From the NCBI GenBank assembly GCA_020137815.1, contig CM035361.1:3286001-3350000 (forward strand): a DNA stretch of 64,000 bases. The letters are read 5' to 3'. Below the pieces are notes generated by a model. That model was not told the origin of the DNA and searched no databases. It saw nothing but the letters and a program-made list of their open reading frames with translations. The position numbers and the translations under genes were made by a program. The stretch comes from Hormiphora californensis. Its lineage: Eukaryota; Animalia; Ctenophora. Numbering within the stretch: position 1 is the stretch's first letter; each line of letters begins with the position of its first letter. Positions 52,116-64,000 of this stretch are shown here, in pieces.

Positions 52116-52502
52116 CTCTCTCTAACTCTCTTTATCGGACTAGAGGTGGCAAAAGGCAATACAAATCAACACGTGTATTACTTCAACACGAGAAGTTTTG
52201 TGGTCAAAAAGAACCTAATAAATATAGTAATGTGCGGTTTCGAAGCCTAAATTTAAATAAATCGATTTAATTTCTTTGAGAAGATATGAAACAAAGTTGA
52301 ATCAGTCTATCAATATTTCATACTTTTGCACTCAAAAGCGTTTAAAATAATATTTATTTCTGCCCATCACGCGGATTAGTAAAGCTAATCGATCTAAGTT
52401 GCAGTTAATCATTATAACTTCCGCACATCTTATGTATGTGTTACCCAAAATTCTCGTTAACTATCAATTTGGGGGATAATCTCTGTGTGTGATTCGACTC
52501 AC

Positions 52503-52617
52503 GTGAGAGTAACAAATCGAAGAGAGTTTGACTCATCCCGGTGGGGAGGTCTCCAGTTTTTAGTAAATTTGCCTTAAAAGCTTCCTCAATATCCTGCTCC
52601 TCGCAGTGACTTGGTAC
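52503..52617 (-). CDS. Probable internal exon of an unresolved gene
   Basis: (CT)n tract plus CCAG acceptor, open frame [44 protein letters not shown] donor. Confidence 0.45.
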
Positions 52618-52636
52618 CTGGAGAGAGAGGGAGGGA

Positions 52637-52795
<159 letters not shown>

Positions 52796-53572
52796 GGTGT
52801 TCCTTGGACCTTGGTGAACATTATGGCAATAATGATCACAAATTGAGTGGGTGAATAATATTTAGTTTGGTGCGACAGATTATAATGAACACATCGACAA
52901 ACAAACCAATTTATTGTTCCAATATAGTGTGACACTTCCATGGAATTAACCAGAATGTATCTTGAGAAAGTATATATTGAGAAAGTTGGATGTGGATATC
53001 ATCATCTTTGATACACTGCAATGACTAATTGTTCTAACTAACTCTCATGATAGTGAGATACACCGTGTATGTGTTGGACAGGCTTAACAAGCCTAGTACA
53101 CAGTTTCTTGGGTCTCAATTTTCCCACCAACAAATGCGTGGGATTGTGCTTTTACGAGGAATCAGAGTGTAAGCCCCAGTTTACAAGCTTACAAGTCTTG
53201 CTTTACCGGAACATTATCACTGCTGATTTGCTCACAACTTATAGGAATCAAAGTTTACACAGCGTTTTCACAGCGTTTACACAGTTGTCATACCCAGAGC
53301 TCACACTCCGATTGCGGCTTTTGAACCATTTGCTCAATTTACTCAGGTGTGCAGCACACAATCCCATATTTTTTAGGGATCCCTATAATAGATCTAGGCA
53401 AATTCTCTGTTTATTTTTCGGCTCGTCATTCGGCTCTGCATCCTTTCCTGGTTCATTCTTCTACGAACCCTCGTAACATCTTTACACACTCCTGTTTTGG
53501 ACAACTAACCCCATACGTTATGTATTAGTAGCTGGTAGGACATATCTAGGGTCGATATAATTGGGAGAGAAG

Positions 53573-55504
53573 ATGTTGATACGGATTGATGCCGGAACCC
53601 TGCCAACCCGGCTTGCCATCTTTAGCGGAGGTAAGATCGTGCCCAAATCAGTAAATAGTAATCGCCAGTGATTCGCCACTCCTTTAGTAACCCCTAGCAT
53701 ACTGTACTATCACCACTCCTTTAGTAATCCCCAGCAATATAATACTCACCACTCCTCTTTATTTCAGTGATCACACTGGGTATCCTGACAACATCCCTAT
53801 TCGCTGGATTCGACCCCGCTCTCACCCTAACCTACATCCGAGTGCTGGGAGTACCCGGGGCTATCGGATGCTTCCTTCTCTCCTCCTTCCTCATGCACAC
53901 CCTGTTCACCTACCAGCAGCACAAGCGACACACTGACTTCCCCCAGCCTCCCCGGGATACCTTCTTTGACGGAAACTGGCCCACTCTAAAAGCTGCTCAA
54001 TCCAAAAACCAACTGTTTGACAAGTTTGGAGAGTGGGTGGATACGTACGGGCAGACGATCCTGTTCTGGAGGCAGTACTCCCCCAAGTACTTCACTGCAG
54101 ATCCTGATATTGTAAGGAGTATGCTAACTGAGATCTCCATCTTCACCAAGTTTAAATTCATCCCCAATAGGTTAGTAGTATTTTGGTGTCATGATTCCAT
54201 ATATGGTCATGTGACGTCATAATTACGTGACGTCATAATCACGTGACGTCATTATCACATGACGTCATATGATGGAGATCTCCATCTTTACCAAGTTCAT
54301 CCCCAATAGGTCACTCTTTGGACAACGTATGACGGGTACATCCAGTTTCCTTACCGTGGTGGGAGGCTCACAGTGGGCCATCAAACGGAAAGTTATGTCG
54401 CCCTACTTCTCAAAGATCCACCTCACAACAATGTTTGATAAGTGTCACGATTACATCAGACGAGGTCTGGAGCAGCAATTCGAGGAGGTGGAGATGGACA
54501 AGACCAATGTTGATATTGTTGAGTACTACGGGGAATTATACCAGTTCTTCCTAGGCGCCCTTGGATTCGATCTTGACTGTGAACTGGTCAGCAAGAACGC
54601 TAAATTCCACAACGCAGCCATACAGGGGATTCTAAAGTGGGCACCACTCCAGTTCGGTAGCATCCGGGATGTCCTCAAGATGAGAGTGGACAAGGGTGTT
54701 AACAACACCATCTGTTACTTGACCAAACTGAGGAACATTTCAAGGGAGATCATCGCGGCGAAGATGGAGGAATATAACACAAAGGGTCCTCAACCTGATG
54801 ACATCATCCATCACGTCATCACTGCCAACCAGCTGTATGATGAACCTGGAGTTACAGATGCGGATAGGATCACCTACATGACAGATGATATCGTGACCAT
54901 CTTCCTGGTGATTGACAACATGGCAAAAACACTGGCGAACATGTTGGTGAGGGTGATGAGGGAGCCGAGGGTGTACAAGAGGATGGTTGAGGAGATAAGG
55001 GATGCCAATCTGACATCACTCCAGTCAATGGACAAGAGTTTGAGGTACACGGAGATGGTGATTCTGGAAACTCTCCGACTGCATCCAACTCTGATGAGGG
55101 GTATCCGGGTAACAAAGAATGAGAACACGGAGCTGAATAACGGTCTGGTGATCAAAGATAAGGGTATGATCTTCTTCGGTCAGTTGGTCCTCCACCGGTC
55201 AACCAAATACTGGAAAGACCCATATGAGTTCCAACCTGAGAGATGGGAGAATGGTTCCAAGGACATTACACCCTTCACGTATCTTCCATTTGTGGCAGGA
55301 CCCCGGGTTTGTATGGGAAAACATCTGGCTATGTTGAGCATGAAGCTGGCTCTCTATTACACCTTTAAAACGCATGATATGACCCCCATCGCGGGCGAGG
55401 AGAAGGACATGGACTGGGATTACAGGTTTACCATTGTCCGGCCAACCAAGGGGTACACTGTCAACTTTTCTAAAGTTAGAGAGGATGAGGAGGGAACATG
55501 TTAA
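53573..55504 (+). CDS. Cytochrome P450, CYP46-like, three exons, ~551 aa
   Basis: Exons 53573-53630, 53768-54170, 54310-55504 are in phase. Motifs: PQPPR..F..G hinge, WAIKR (WxxxR), ETLR (ExxR), PERW, heme motif FVAGPRVCMG. The CYP46 resemblance is a by-eye comparison. Confidence 0.95.
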
Positions 55505-56065
55505 AGAGAGGAGAGTGTAGGTGTAAAATCCCACTAGGGACCACGGCAACATGAGGATGGGACCTGACTGCTGCTGGCAGCAGTTGAATTGATGTTTGTA
55601 GATCTGTTCGTTACTGAAACAGATTGGAAGGGACATTGTCATGTAATCATGGCCTGACCCTATAATGTATTCTCATTTCTTTCAAATAATGTGTGACTCC
55701 AAAGACATGCTCTTCTGGATCAGTGTACAGAAGAAGACAATATCTTTTTTTACCAAGGAACGCTGGTGAAAATGCTCAAAAAATGATGATGTTCTTGTTT
55801 CTATATTTGTCAATAAAAACAATATAATATTATGTTATTGATTTAGGTATACCGCTCTGACGCTGCAGAGCAGTGTCAGTCAAAATTCAGTTTGCTGGGC
55901 GGTATACAAAAACTTATATATTATTATTATTATCATTATTTAAGGAGGTGTGGCCCCTCTTGTAGAGGGTACTTATTTAAAAGTTTATGACTGGATATAA
56001 CTGTTTCTATAGTTCTTCCCCCTTTTTACATATCTTGTTTTATTTTGTTCTTATCATCACTATCA

Positions 56066-59000
56066 TCAGTAGTTTATGGTGATAACTAAAAGCACGAGAA
56101 CTGCAGCGGTCACAGCATTGGCCTGATCACAGAGAGGAGGAAAAGGACTCGTGTTGGGAATATGAATTCTGTGTGGGATATGTGATCTGTGTGGGATACA
56201 TGGGCATGTGGAATATTGCTGCTTTCTCATTACACAACTGAGGCAAACAAACATAGTAACAATTACTATTCTAACTACTCTAACCACCTGACAAACATAT
56301 ATTATTGTAACGACAAACTGAACAAGAATAATTGCATTATGCATAATCTACTGCATAATCTACTCTAACTACTCTAAACACCTAACAAACATATAATGAC
56401 AAGCTGAATAAAATAGTGGTGAGAGGCATATCTATTATAATACTGGTCCCTGATTGGCTGATAACCAGTCACGTGACCTAAATAACTCGAGTTCTCATTG
56501 GTTGTTTACTTGTTTCGGTCGGTTCCTGATATCTATTATCTAACAACGTGTATGATCAGCCTGATGATGATGATATTGCAATAATTCAATGGGCCTAAAA
56601 ACCCAAATTTTATTTATAGCATGCTTGTTACGATGTAGTGTTCAAAATAAATAAATAAAATGTGGGTTTTTAGGCCCTTTGAAGGACTTAGTACTTACGG
56701 TAAAGTTTTTGAACGTTAGTTCTCTAGCGGGAATACAGAATATCGAACCAGACTTTTTGGATCTCCATACCACTGCGTCTTCCATTTCTTCGTCGAAGTC
56801 CTACAATGTAGTTGATATATGAGGTCGGTAGAGAGAGAGTTTAACATAAAAAGCTTAAAAAGTAGGTTGGAGGATTCGTTCACCAATGTACGTGCAACAT
56901 ATTTAACCAAAAATATTAACTGTTTGTGAACGGAAACGTTTTTCCAGGAAACCCAACAGCAAATTTGAAACAGCAATTCTATCCGTTAATTTGCAAAACA
57001 TGCCTACTGAGCTAATATACTGCAGTTACACGTGATGTCTTTTTTTAGAAATGCGATCGTCAAATTATCAGTTCTGACCAGGTTAATATATCATCTGCTA
57101 CAACAATACAATACAACTGTATTTTGGACGGTAACACGTCATGTTTCATGGAATCCCTGACGGGAAACCAATCATATCAGGCGTCATCTTTTGTTACCAA
57201 ACGTTTTAGAATATATGAGGTATAAACTCTTGCCAGTGGCGCGTTATTTCAGATACCTTTCTCCCAGCGCGCCGCTGGGAGAAGGTAGCTGTAGTTTATC
57301 CGCCACTGGCGGATAAACTGGTTTAAATCACGACGACGATCCCGAGGCGTAGCCGAGGGAGAGGCGGAGGGGTTTAAACCTATAACGCGTCTGTGGCAAG
57401 AGTTTATAGGTTATATACCCTGCTTTAGTTGTTTGTTACAAGTATTACACACTAACAAGAGAGAGAACACTAATCAAAACACACAAAGAGAACTGAGAAA
57501 CAGTCAAAAACATCTCCCAATTGAGTGTACATTGTTTGGTAACAGTTACTAAGGAGAGAGAGAAAGAAATAACAAGATATGGGGCATGCCAGACATAACA
57601 CAGAGGAATTGAGATAGTGAAACAAAAGGGAAGATAAAGAGAGAGTAATTGACGGAATGTGTTGTTTCTTTCTCTCCAATTTAGTGTGTAACTCTTCCAA
57701 ACAGTGTTCCCTCTGTATTTCAGTAAGAACTGATCATTTACACACACTTTGAATGTAACATAGGAGTTAAAAATAAATAACCTGCCAGTGGGAAATAATC
57801 TGCCGCTGGACTGGCTGGTTATTGAGAGCGCGCTAGTGGGACTGGCGCATTATTTAAGTTAGCAGGGTATATATATGTATCTCTAGCTATAACAACGCAC
57901 AACAACTACCCACGTGGATCAAAGTTAAACAGCACGTTTCATAAGGTTCTCAAGAAGTTAACCTTCATTCGAGATATTGCGGAATCTCTATTATGATCAC
58001 GGTCTATATTCAGAGCATCACACATGTGTTCAAACACGAAATGGAATTATTCATCACGTGTGTTCCGGATAACCAGTCGAACGCTGCTTGGGTGATGGAT
58101 GAATACAAGTGGCCCAGGACATCATCATAGTGAACGATAACGGCAATATATCACTGCTCGGGATAAACACACTGCACGATCTCTTCTGGCTGGCAAAAGA
58201 GTGCCGCCATGTTGCAAATTAGTTCAATCTAACATCAAAGTAATATTCCCTTGCATATAATTAACGAAGTGAAAAGATTCATAATCTGTTTTGTTCGAAA
58301 TGTATGCATAATTTCAACAGGATGAAAGACGCCACATGCTTTCTGTCAAATCTTTTCAGATTGGTTCCAAGCCAAAAAGCAAATAATAAGAACCACGAAA
58401 GCAAAAAAGAAATCAAGTTACCTGGTCATCTTGTTGTTCCTTCTTTTTCTTCTGCATCTTGATGAAGTAGCAATCGTCCTAAAACAAGGGGGTGGGGGAT
58501 TTTAGTAGGCATTTTCATAAACAAGGCCAAACTGATAATTTAGCAACTAGGACGTATACTGTGTTTAGAATAAGTAAAACATATTATAGAATCCACATAG
58601 AGGCATAGAGAACTATTTGTAAAGGTCAGTAGACTATAACTAAAGCTAATGGGACGTCGTATCAAAATAGTTAGTTAATCCAAGACATAGTGATTCGTAC
58701 CATGTTTTAACGAATGACATGTGTACTAGACCAATACGGATATAATTAATGTTCACCATTTTCAATAAACGTGTATCTTAATCTCCTCTCTCTCATTCCC
58801 TCATTAGATTCATCATATCCTAACCGATTCCCCAATAGGCCATACGTAAAGCAGTTAAGCTATTCCACAGACGGCTGAACAGATACTGTAGTAGAGGCTA
58901 CCGCGGCAGTAGACACTAGACAGCAGCTGTAGTACAAAAACACACCCGTTACCCCCTCTCTCTTGCTCTCTCGCTCTCACTCCCTCTCTCTCTCGCCTTT

Positions 59001-59508
59001 AAAGTTTCAATACTATTAGTTTGGCACATCTAAGACAGGACAGAAAGGCGTGAGAAATTTATTATTCCAACCATTTTGCTCAAAATAGTTACCCGACCCA
59101 TACGTATACCAGGAACCGACCGAATCAGGAAATACTGGTCCCTGATTGGCTGATAACCAGTCACGTGACCTAAATAACGAGTTCTGATTGGTTGTTTACT
59201 TGTTTCGGTCGGTTCCTGACGTATACACTTACCCTGCCGAGAGCTTTCTCGATTCTTGATCGGAAAGCCGATTTCCGACGTGCCCTTAGCTGTGGCTTTT
59301 GAGGCTCCGGAACTATTTTTTGAGGTGCTGGCGATGTTAGCTGGTCTGTAACTGCTACAGGTTCAATAGCTAGTTGTTGAGGGATATCAGGGGCTGGTTT
59401 ATCAGAGCATTGAGGAAGGAAAGGAGGTAGACTAGAAGAGGAAGGATCCTCCGATTCCTCTAGTTCTCCGTACTCAACTGCTGCTGGTGGTGGGCTGTCT
59501 TTATCCAT
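56066..59508 (-). CDS. Hypothetical tail-anchored protein (~163 aa)
   Basis: Phase-0 exons 59508-59233, 58478-58422, 56800-56699, 56122-56066: MDKDSPPP...KALGR|DDCYFIKMQKKKKEQQDDQ|DFDEEMEDAVVWRSKK...KNFT|ANAVTAAVLVLLVITINY*. Confidence 0.75.
56439..56528 (-). mobile_element. hAT-type MITE copy missing one TIR
   Basis: Family sequence with ATATCTAT on both flanks. Confidence 0.8.
57221..57871. mobile_element. Two adjacent short inverted-repeat elements
   Basis: TATAAACTCTTGCCA / TGGCAAGAGTTTATA (57221-57407) and TATACCCTGCT / AGCAGGGTATA (~57413-57871), sharing GCCAGTGG motifs. Confidence 0.5.
59110..59218 (-). mobile_element. hAT-type MITE, same family
   Basis: Full TIRs; 8-bp TSD ACGTATAC. 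Confidence 0.92.
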
Positions 59509-59544
59509 ATTGTACTGGCTGAGATTTGGAGCAAATTAATAAAC

Positions 59545-60326
59545 AGGGGCTGGTAGTGAGACCGCAGAATCTGCTGTGTGCTCCGCACAAAAGACTAGCA
59601 AATTTGAGTGGGTTTTACGGAAAAGATTGCCGAGAGGAGAAGCAAAATACAAAACGGATTGTCCAAATTTTTTCAATGTGGGATCACAAGACCGTCACCT
59701 ACAGCCCAGTGAAAATCCCGTGTGAAAAACGAGTTAAGTACAAGGTTAGCAGGTGATCAAACAGTAAAACAACTTCCCATTTTTCAGTTTTCTCATTTTT
59801 GAGAGGGTTATGAGCTTCTTTACCAGACGTCACTCAAAATTGAGATAGAAAATCGTAAAAAATCGTAAAGGTGTATCTCAAAAGTGTCCATGCTTTCGAT
59901 TCCCGGTTTTTTGAAAAAACTCCTAGGGCAACCGTCTAGGGTGCCAAACCTCGAACAACTTGAAAAACACCCGTTTTTTGAGCGCCGGAGAATTCTGCGT
60001 CTCACTCAAAGTCCCGTTGATTAGGAAAATAATTAGGGCAAGTGAGAGCTGGGGTGTGAGACCGCAGAATGTGTTGATTGTAATTCGTATATTCATATGA
60101 ATATCTCTCCCACGCGCCTTCTCACGTTAACAACCACATTCTCTCCTTTTTGAGTTGTAGAACCACACAAGGGGGGGGGGAAGTCTTTGGCCTTTCCTCG
60201 AGACGAAGTTGAGCAGAAAAACGGGAGAGGGAAGGGGGACGTGGCGGAGAAAAGTGAAATGAGAGGCAAGCGGGAATCATCATCTGACGATATATATCTA
60301 CGCTCTCTCTCTCAAGAGCGAGAGAG

Positions 60327-60367
<41 letters not shown>

Positions 60368-60569
60368 AGAGAGAGCGAGAGTAGATAGAGATGAGAGAGC
60401 GAGAGAGAGAGAGAGAGGGTTATTCCGCTTCACCCTATTCTCTTTTCCCACCGCTCCGTCCTCCTTTCTATTGCTTCTTCCTCCTTTAAAACATATTTTT
60501 TTTTTATCTTTGTCCTTTTTTCCGCGCCTCCTTACATTCCTTTGCTTTTCTCGCTCTATCTCCTTCTTT

Positions 60570-60600
<31 letters not shown>

Positions 60601-62331
60601 TTTCTAGTCCTCGATAAAAAAAAAATCATAAGGCTGGTATAAAAAGCCTGGAATCTATCTCAATCTCTGATTTTTCAAGCGGTAAACGCTTATTCCTGTT
60701 CGTTCCTGAGAGAGAAGCGTGAGAGAGGAGGAGAGGGAGAGAGGGGAGACGAGAGAGAGAGAGAGATGACAGAAGAGAAGAGAGTGAGAGATGAGATCCG
60801 AGATGGAGACGAGCCGATGACTGAAGAGGGGACGAGCGAGAGAGAGAGAGGAGGATGGGAAGTGAGAGAGGAGAATTGAGAGAGAGAGGGAGAGAGACGA
60901 GAGAGAGGAGAGGAGAGAGAGAGTGAGAGAGAGAGAGAAGAGAGAGGAGAGAGAGAGATGAGAGAGAGGGAGAGGGAGAGGAGAGAGAGGGAGAGAGAGA
61001 GAGAGAGAGGCGAGAGAGAGAGAGAGAGATGAGAGGAAGAGAGTAGAGACGTGAGAGGAGAGAGAGACTGAGAAATGAGAGAGAGACTGAGAAATGAGAG
61101 AGAGGACTCATGAGAATGAGAGAGGGTTGGAGACAATGAGAGAAGGTTGCTGGACAATAAGTGGTACTGGGCCACTTGAGTCCCTTCGGTTATTATACTA
61201 ACACGGTGCCAACAGTAGTTGGCATCCATTGCACTATTCTCGATCCGTTGTGCGATCGATCCGGTGCTGCGCCTCGATCTCACGCCAGGGATTTTTTCAA
61301 AAATTGTTGTGACAAACAACAGTAGTGTGTGCTTAGTGGCTATACCGTAATCCACCAAACCAAACCAGAGAAGAGAGAGGACTGAGAAAGAGAGGGACTA
61401 ACGATAAGAAGATTCTAGGTACCGGGGGGGGGGGGGGATATCACCTACTGTATAGGACATCCATGCCCCTAAATGCCCTAACTGTCCCAGCTTGAAACAA
61501 AAACCACCCCACCCCTGATATGACAGTTAGGGTCATCCTTAACTGTCTACACCCAAATTTGGGACCACCCCCCTATTTCCGGAAACATGCCACTTTTTTG
61601 AGGTTTGGGGAAACATATATACTGCCCACAGACACCCAAAAGGTGGCTGACCCAACACCTATTTTTCCAGAAAATTTCAAATTTTTGACAGTTAGGGGTC
61701 ATTCCTCCTAACTGGTCCTTACCCAAATTTTTGGACCCACCCCAAAAAATAGTTCACCATAACCCCAAATTTCAGGTGATGCCTGACCAAAATCGTGTAG
61801 CGTGCAAAAATATTTCACTGTGGTGCCTTAAGGACTCCTAAAATCCCAAAATTTTGACCCAACTTTCCAAATTTGACCGTTAGAGGAAAAAATCCTAACT
61901 GTCCGGGTCCTTTGGGACCCCTACACCCCCAAAAGTGTGACAGTCTGGGTCAAGAAGGGACACACCCACCCTAAACAACAATAGATTCTGATACAGCCCC
62001 CCCCCCCCCCGTAGGTAGGTAACTAGTATTATAGGTTCTGGGTTGATCCAGAAAGGTCCTCAAGCTTTATGGCCACCCAGTGTTATACATCTTCTTCTAG
62101 AATAAGAGATGAACCACATCACCGGGTGCTGAGAATGTCAACATAGCGTCGGCCGGGTATCGGGGGTACTGCGGCAATAGTTATTATCAACCTCTGGGCA
62201 TCTAACACCCCTCTCTGACTCTGTTTTGTACAGGGCGTTGGTCGCTCGACTACACAGCCCAACTCAAGCTCATTCTCTTTCTTTATACTTTGGCTGGATC
62301 TCAAACTAGAGGAGAGAGACCCCTCTCTCTC

Positions 62332-62363
<32 letters not shown>

Positions 62364-62400
62364 TCTCTCTCTTCTCTCTCTTTCTCTATCTCTCTCTCTC

Positions 62401-62445
<45 letters not shown>

Positions 62446-62531
62446 CTCGATCTCGATCTCTCGATCTCTCGCTCTCTCTCTCGATCTCTCTCTCTCGATC
62501 TCTCAACATGATCTTTCTCCCTCGAGAGACT

Positions 62532-62577
<46 letters not shown>

Positions 62578-62585
62578 GAGAGAGT

Positions 62586-62617
<32 letters not shown>

Positions 62618-63331
62618 TAGGCAGATGATGATGAAAGCTTTGACTATATTTTCATTTCACAGCCACTGCCCACTGCACTCTCCCAGTTTTGGACAACTCG
62701 ATCGAGGAAAGGCCAAAGACTCCACCCAATGGTGTGTTTCTACACTCAAAAAGGAGGAGAATGTGGTGTTAAAGAGAGGGAGGAGAGAGATTCCTATGAA
62801 TATACGAATTACAACACATTCTGCGGTCTCACAACCCAGCTCTCACTTGCCTAATTAGTCCTAATCACGTGACTTGAGTGAGACCGCCAGAATTCATCCG
62901 GCGCTCAAAAAAACGGTGTTTTCAAAGTTTTTTGAGGTCTGCACCCTAGACGGTTGCCCTAGGAGTTTCAAAAAACCCGGGGAATCGAAAGAATGGACAA
63001 TTTTGAGATACACACTTGACGATTTTTTTCGATTTTCTATCTCAATTTTGAAGTGACAGTCTGGTAAAGAGCTCTACCCTCTCAAAAATGAAGAAAACTG
63101 AAAAATTGAAGTTGTTTACGGTTTTGATCACTGCGAACCTTGTAATCAACCGTTTTTCACGGGGATTTCACTGGGCTGTAGGGTGACGGTCTTGTGAATC
63201 CCACAGTGAAAAAATTTGGAAAAATTCCGTTTATTTGCTCTCTCGGCAAGCTTTTCCGTAAAACCCACTCAAATTTGCTAGTCTTTTGTGCGGAGCACAC
63301 AGCAGATTCTGCGGTCTCACTACCAGCCCCT
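59545..63331. repeat. ~750-bp inverted duplication with ~2.3-kb spacer
   Basis: 59545-60300 is the reverse complement of ~62620-63331, with many small indels; each copy carries GTGAGACCGCAGAAT motifs. Confidence 0.75.
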
Positions 63332-63464
63332 GATAAAACTAATCGCAAAAATACGATAACGAGGCAACGGAAATGAAAAAAGGAGGCAATGTGTAATGCC
63401 TATAATTGTGCATGCATCGCAAGCCTAAAATCACTAAACTTATGGCTGGAAACCTATTATACAC

Positions 63465-63533
63465 TTGGTGGCATAGACACCGTGTGCGACCAAGATTGAG
63501 CGGGGGTCGCGCCAGGTGTCTATATGTCACCAA
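63465..63533. mobile_element. 69-bp minimal MITE of the TTGGTGACATAGACACC family
   Basis: TIRs plus 9-bp TSD ATTATACAC. Confidence 0.85.
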
Positions 63534-64000
63534 ATTATACACATGTTGCATAGTACTGCAGGCTACTCCATAAAAACACCAAAACCACATGCTAAATAAT
63601 TGTTATACTGTCTACATATAAACCACCCCCCCTGCTGATATTTCCCGCAGTCTACTGTCATGGTATATCAAATAATTCCCTCCCTCTGTTTTCACACCTT
63701 TCATAATTCCCGGGGTCGTTTTATAATAAATAACCACGGCTAGTAAAGTGACGAAATTTGATAATCCCCTACGGGGATTATCACACGATATTCCCCTCGT
63801 CACTCCGTTCCTCGTGGATATCGTATTGATATACCCACCCTGACAGTGTGGTATATCAGATTTCATCCCTCTATAGCCGGGGTTATCTATATTGCTAATA
63901 CTGCGGGCAACACAAGGAAAAGCCAAGGAGAGCGAAACGAGCGTAGAGCAGAGAACGAAGCGGGGGACGCAAGAGACGAGCGGGCTGACTGAGGTGGGGC

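Noticed and set aside
54269-54309. ATG start of the 411-aa ORF as a separate protein
   Set aside because: It lies in the duplicated intronic segment; the N-terminal P450 region is encoded by upstream exons.
61140-62304. Short minus-strand open frames as exons
   Set aside because: They could not be linked with consistent splice phases, and the surrounding sequence is unreliable.

Overview
Eukaryotic (animal) genomic DNA, not prokaryotic: GT-AG introns, CT/GA microsatellites, a degraded L2/CR1-type LINE and many MITE/foldback elements. From memory, the recurring 'QEPTETSKQPIRTRYLGHVTGYQPIRDQYFLIRSVP' and 'TVGPRFTG...' repeats resemble those in ctenophore (Pleurobrachia) gene models; this is unverified. 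Manual splicing gives several phase-consistent multi-exon genes: a CYP46-like P450 with an atypical I-helix, a thioredoxin with WCGPW instead of WCGPC nested antisense in an intron, and four proteins with a hydrophilic, low-complexity region and C-terminal membrane helices. The most striking pattern is that tandem duplications repeatedly sit on splice signals (acceptors, donors, branch points). Two introns look as if they arose by duplication of an AG|GT proto-splice site. About 19.4-23.6 kb, 48.36-49.03 kb and parts of 60-63 kb look like low-quality long-read consensus, so single-base claims need read-level checks.
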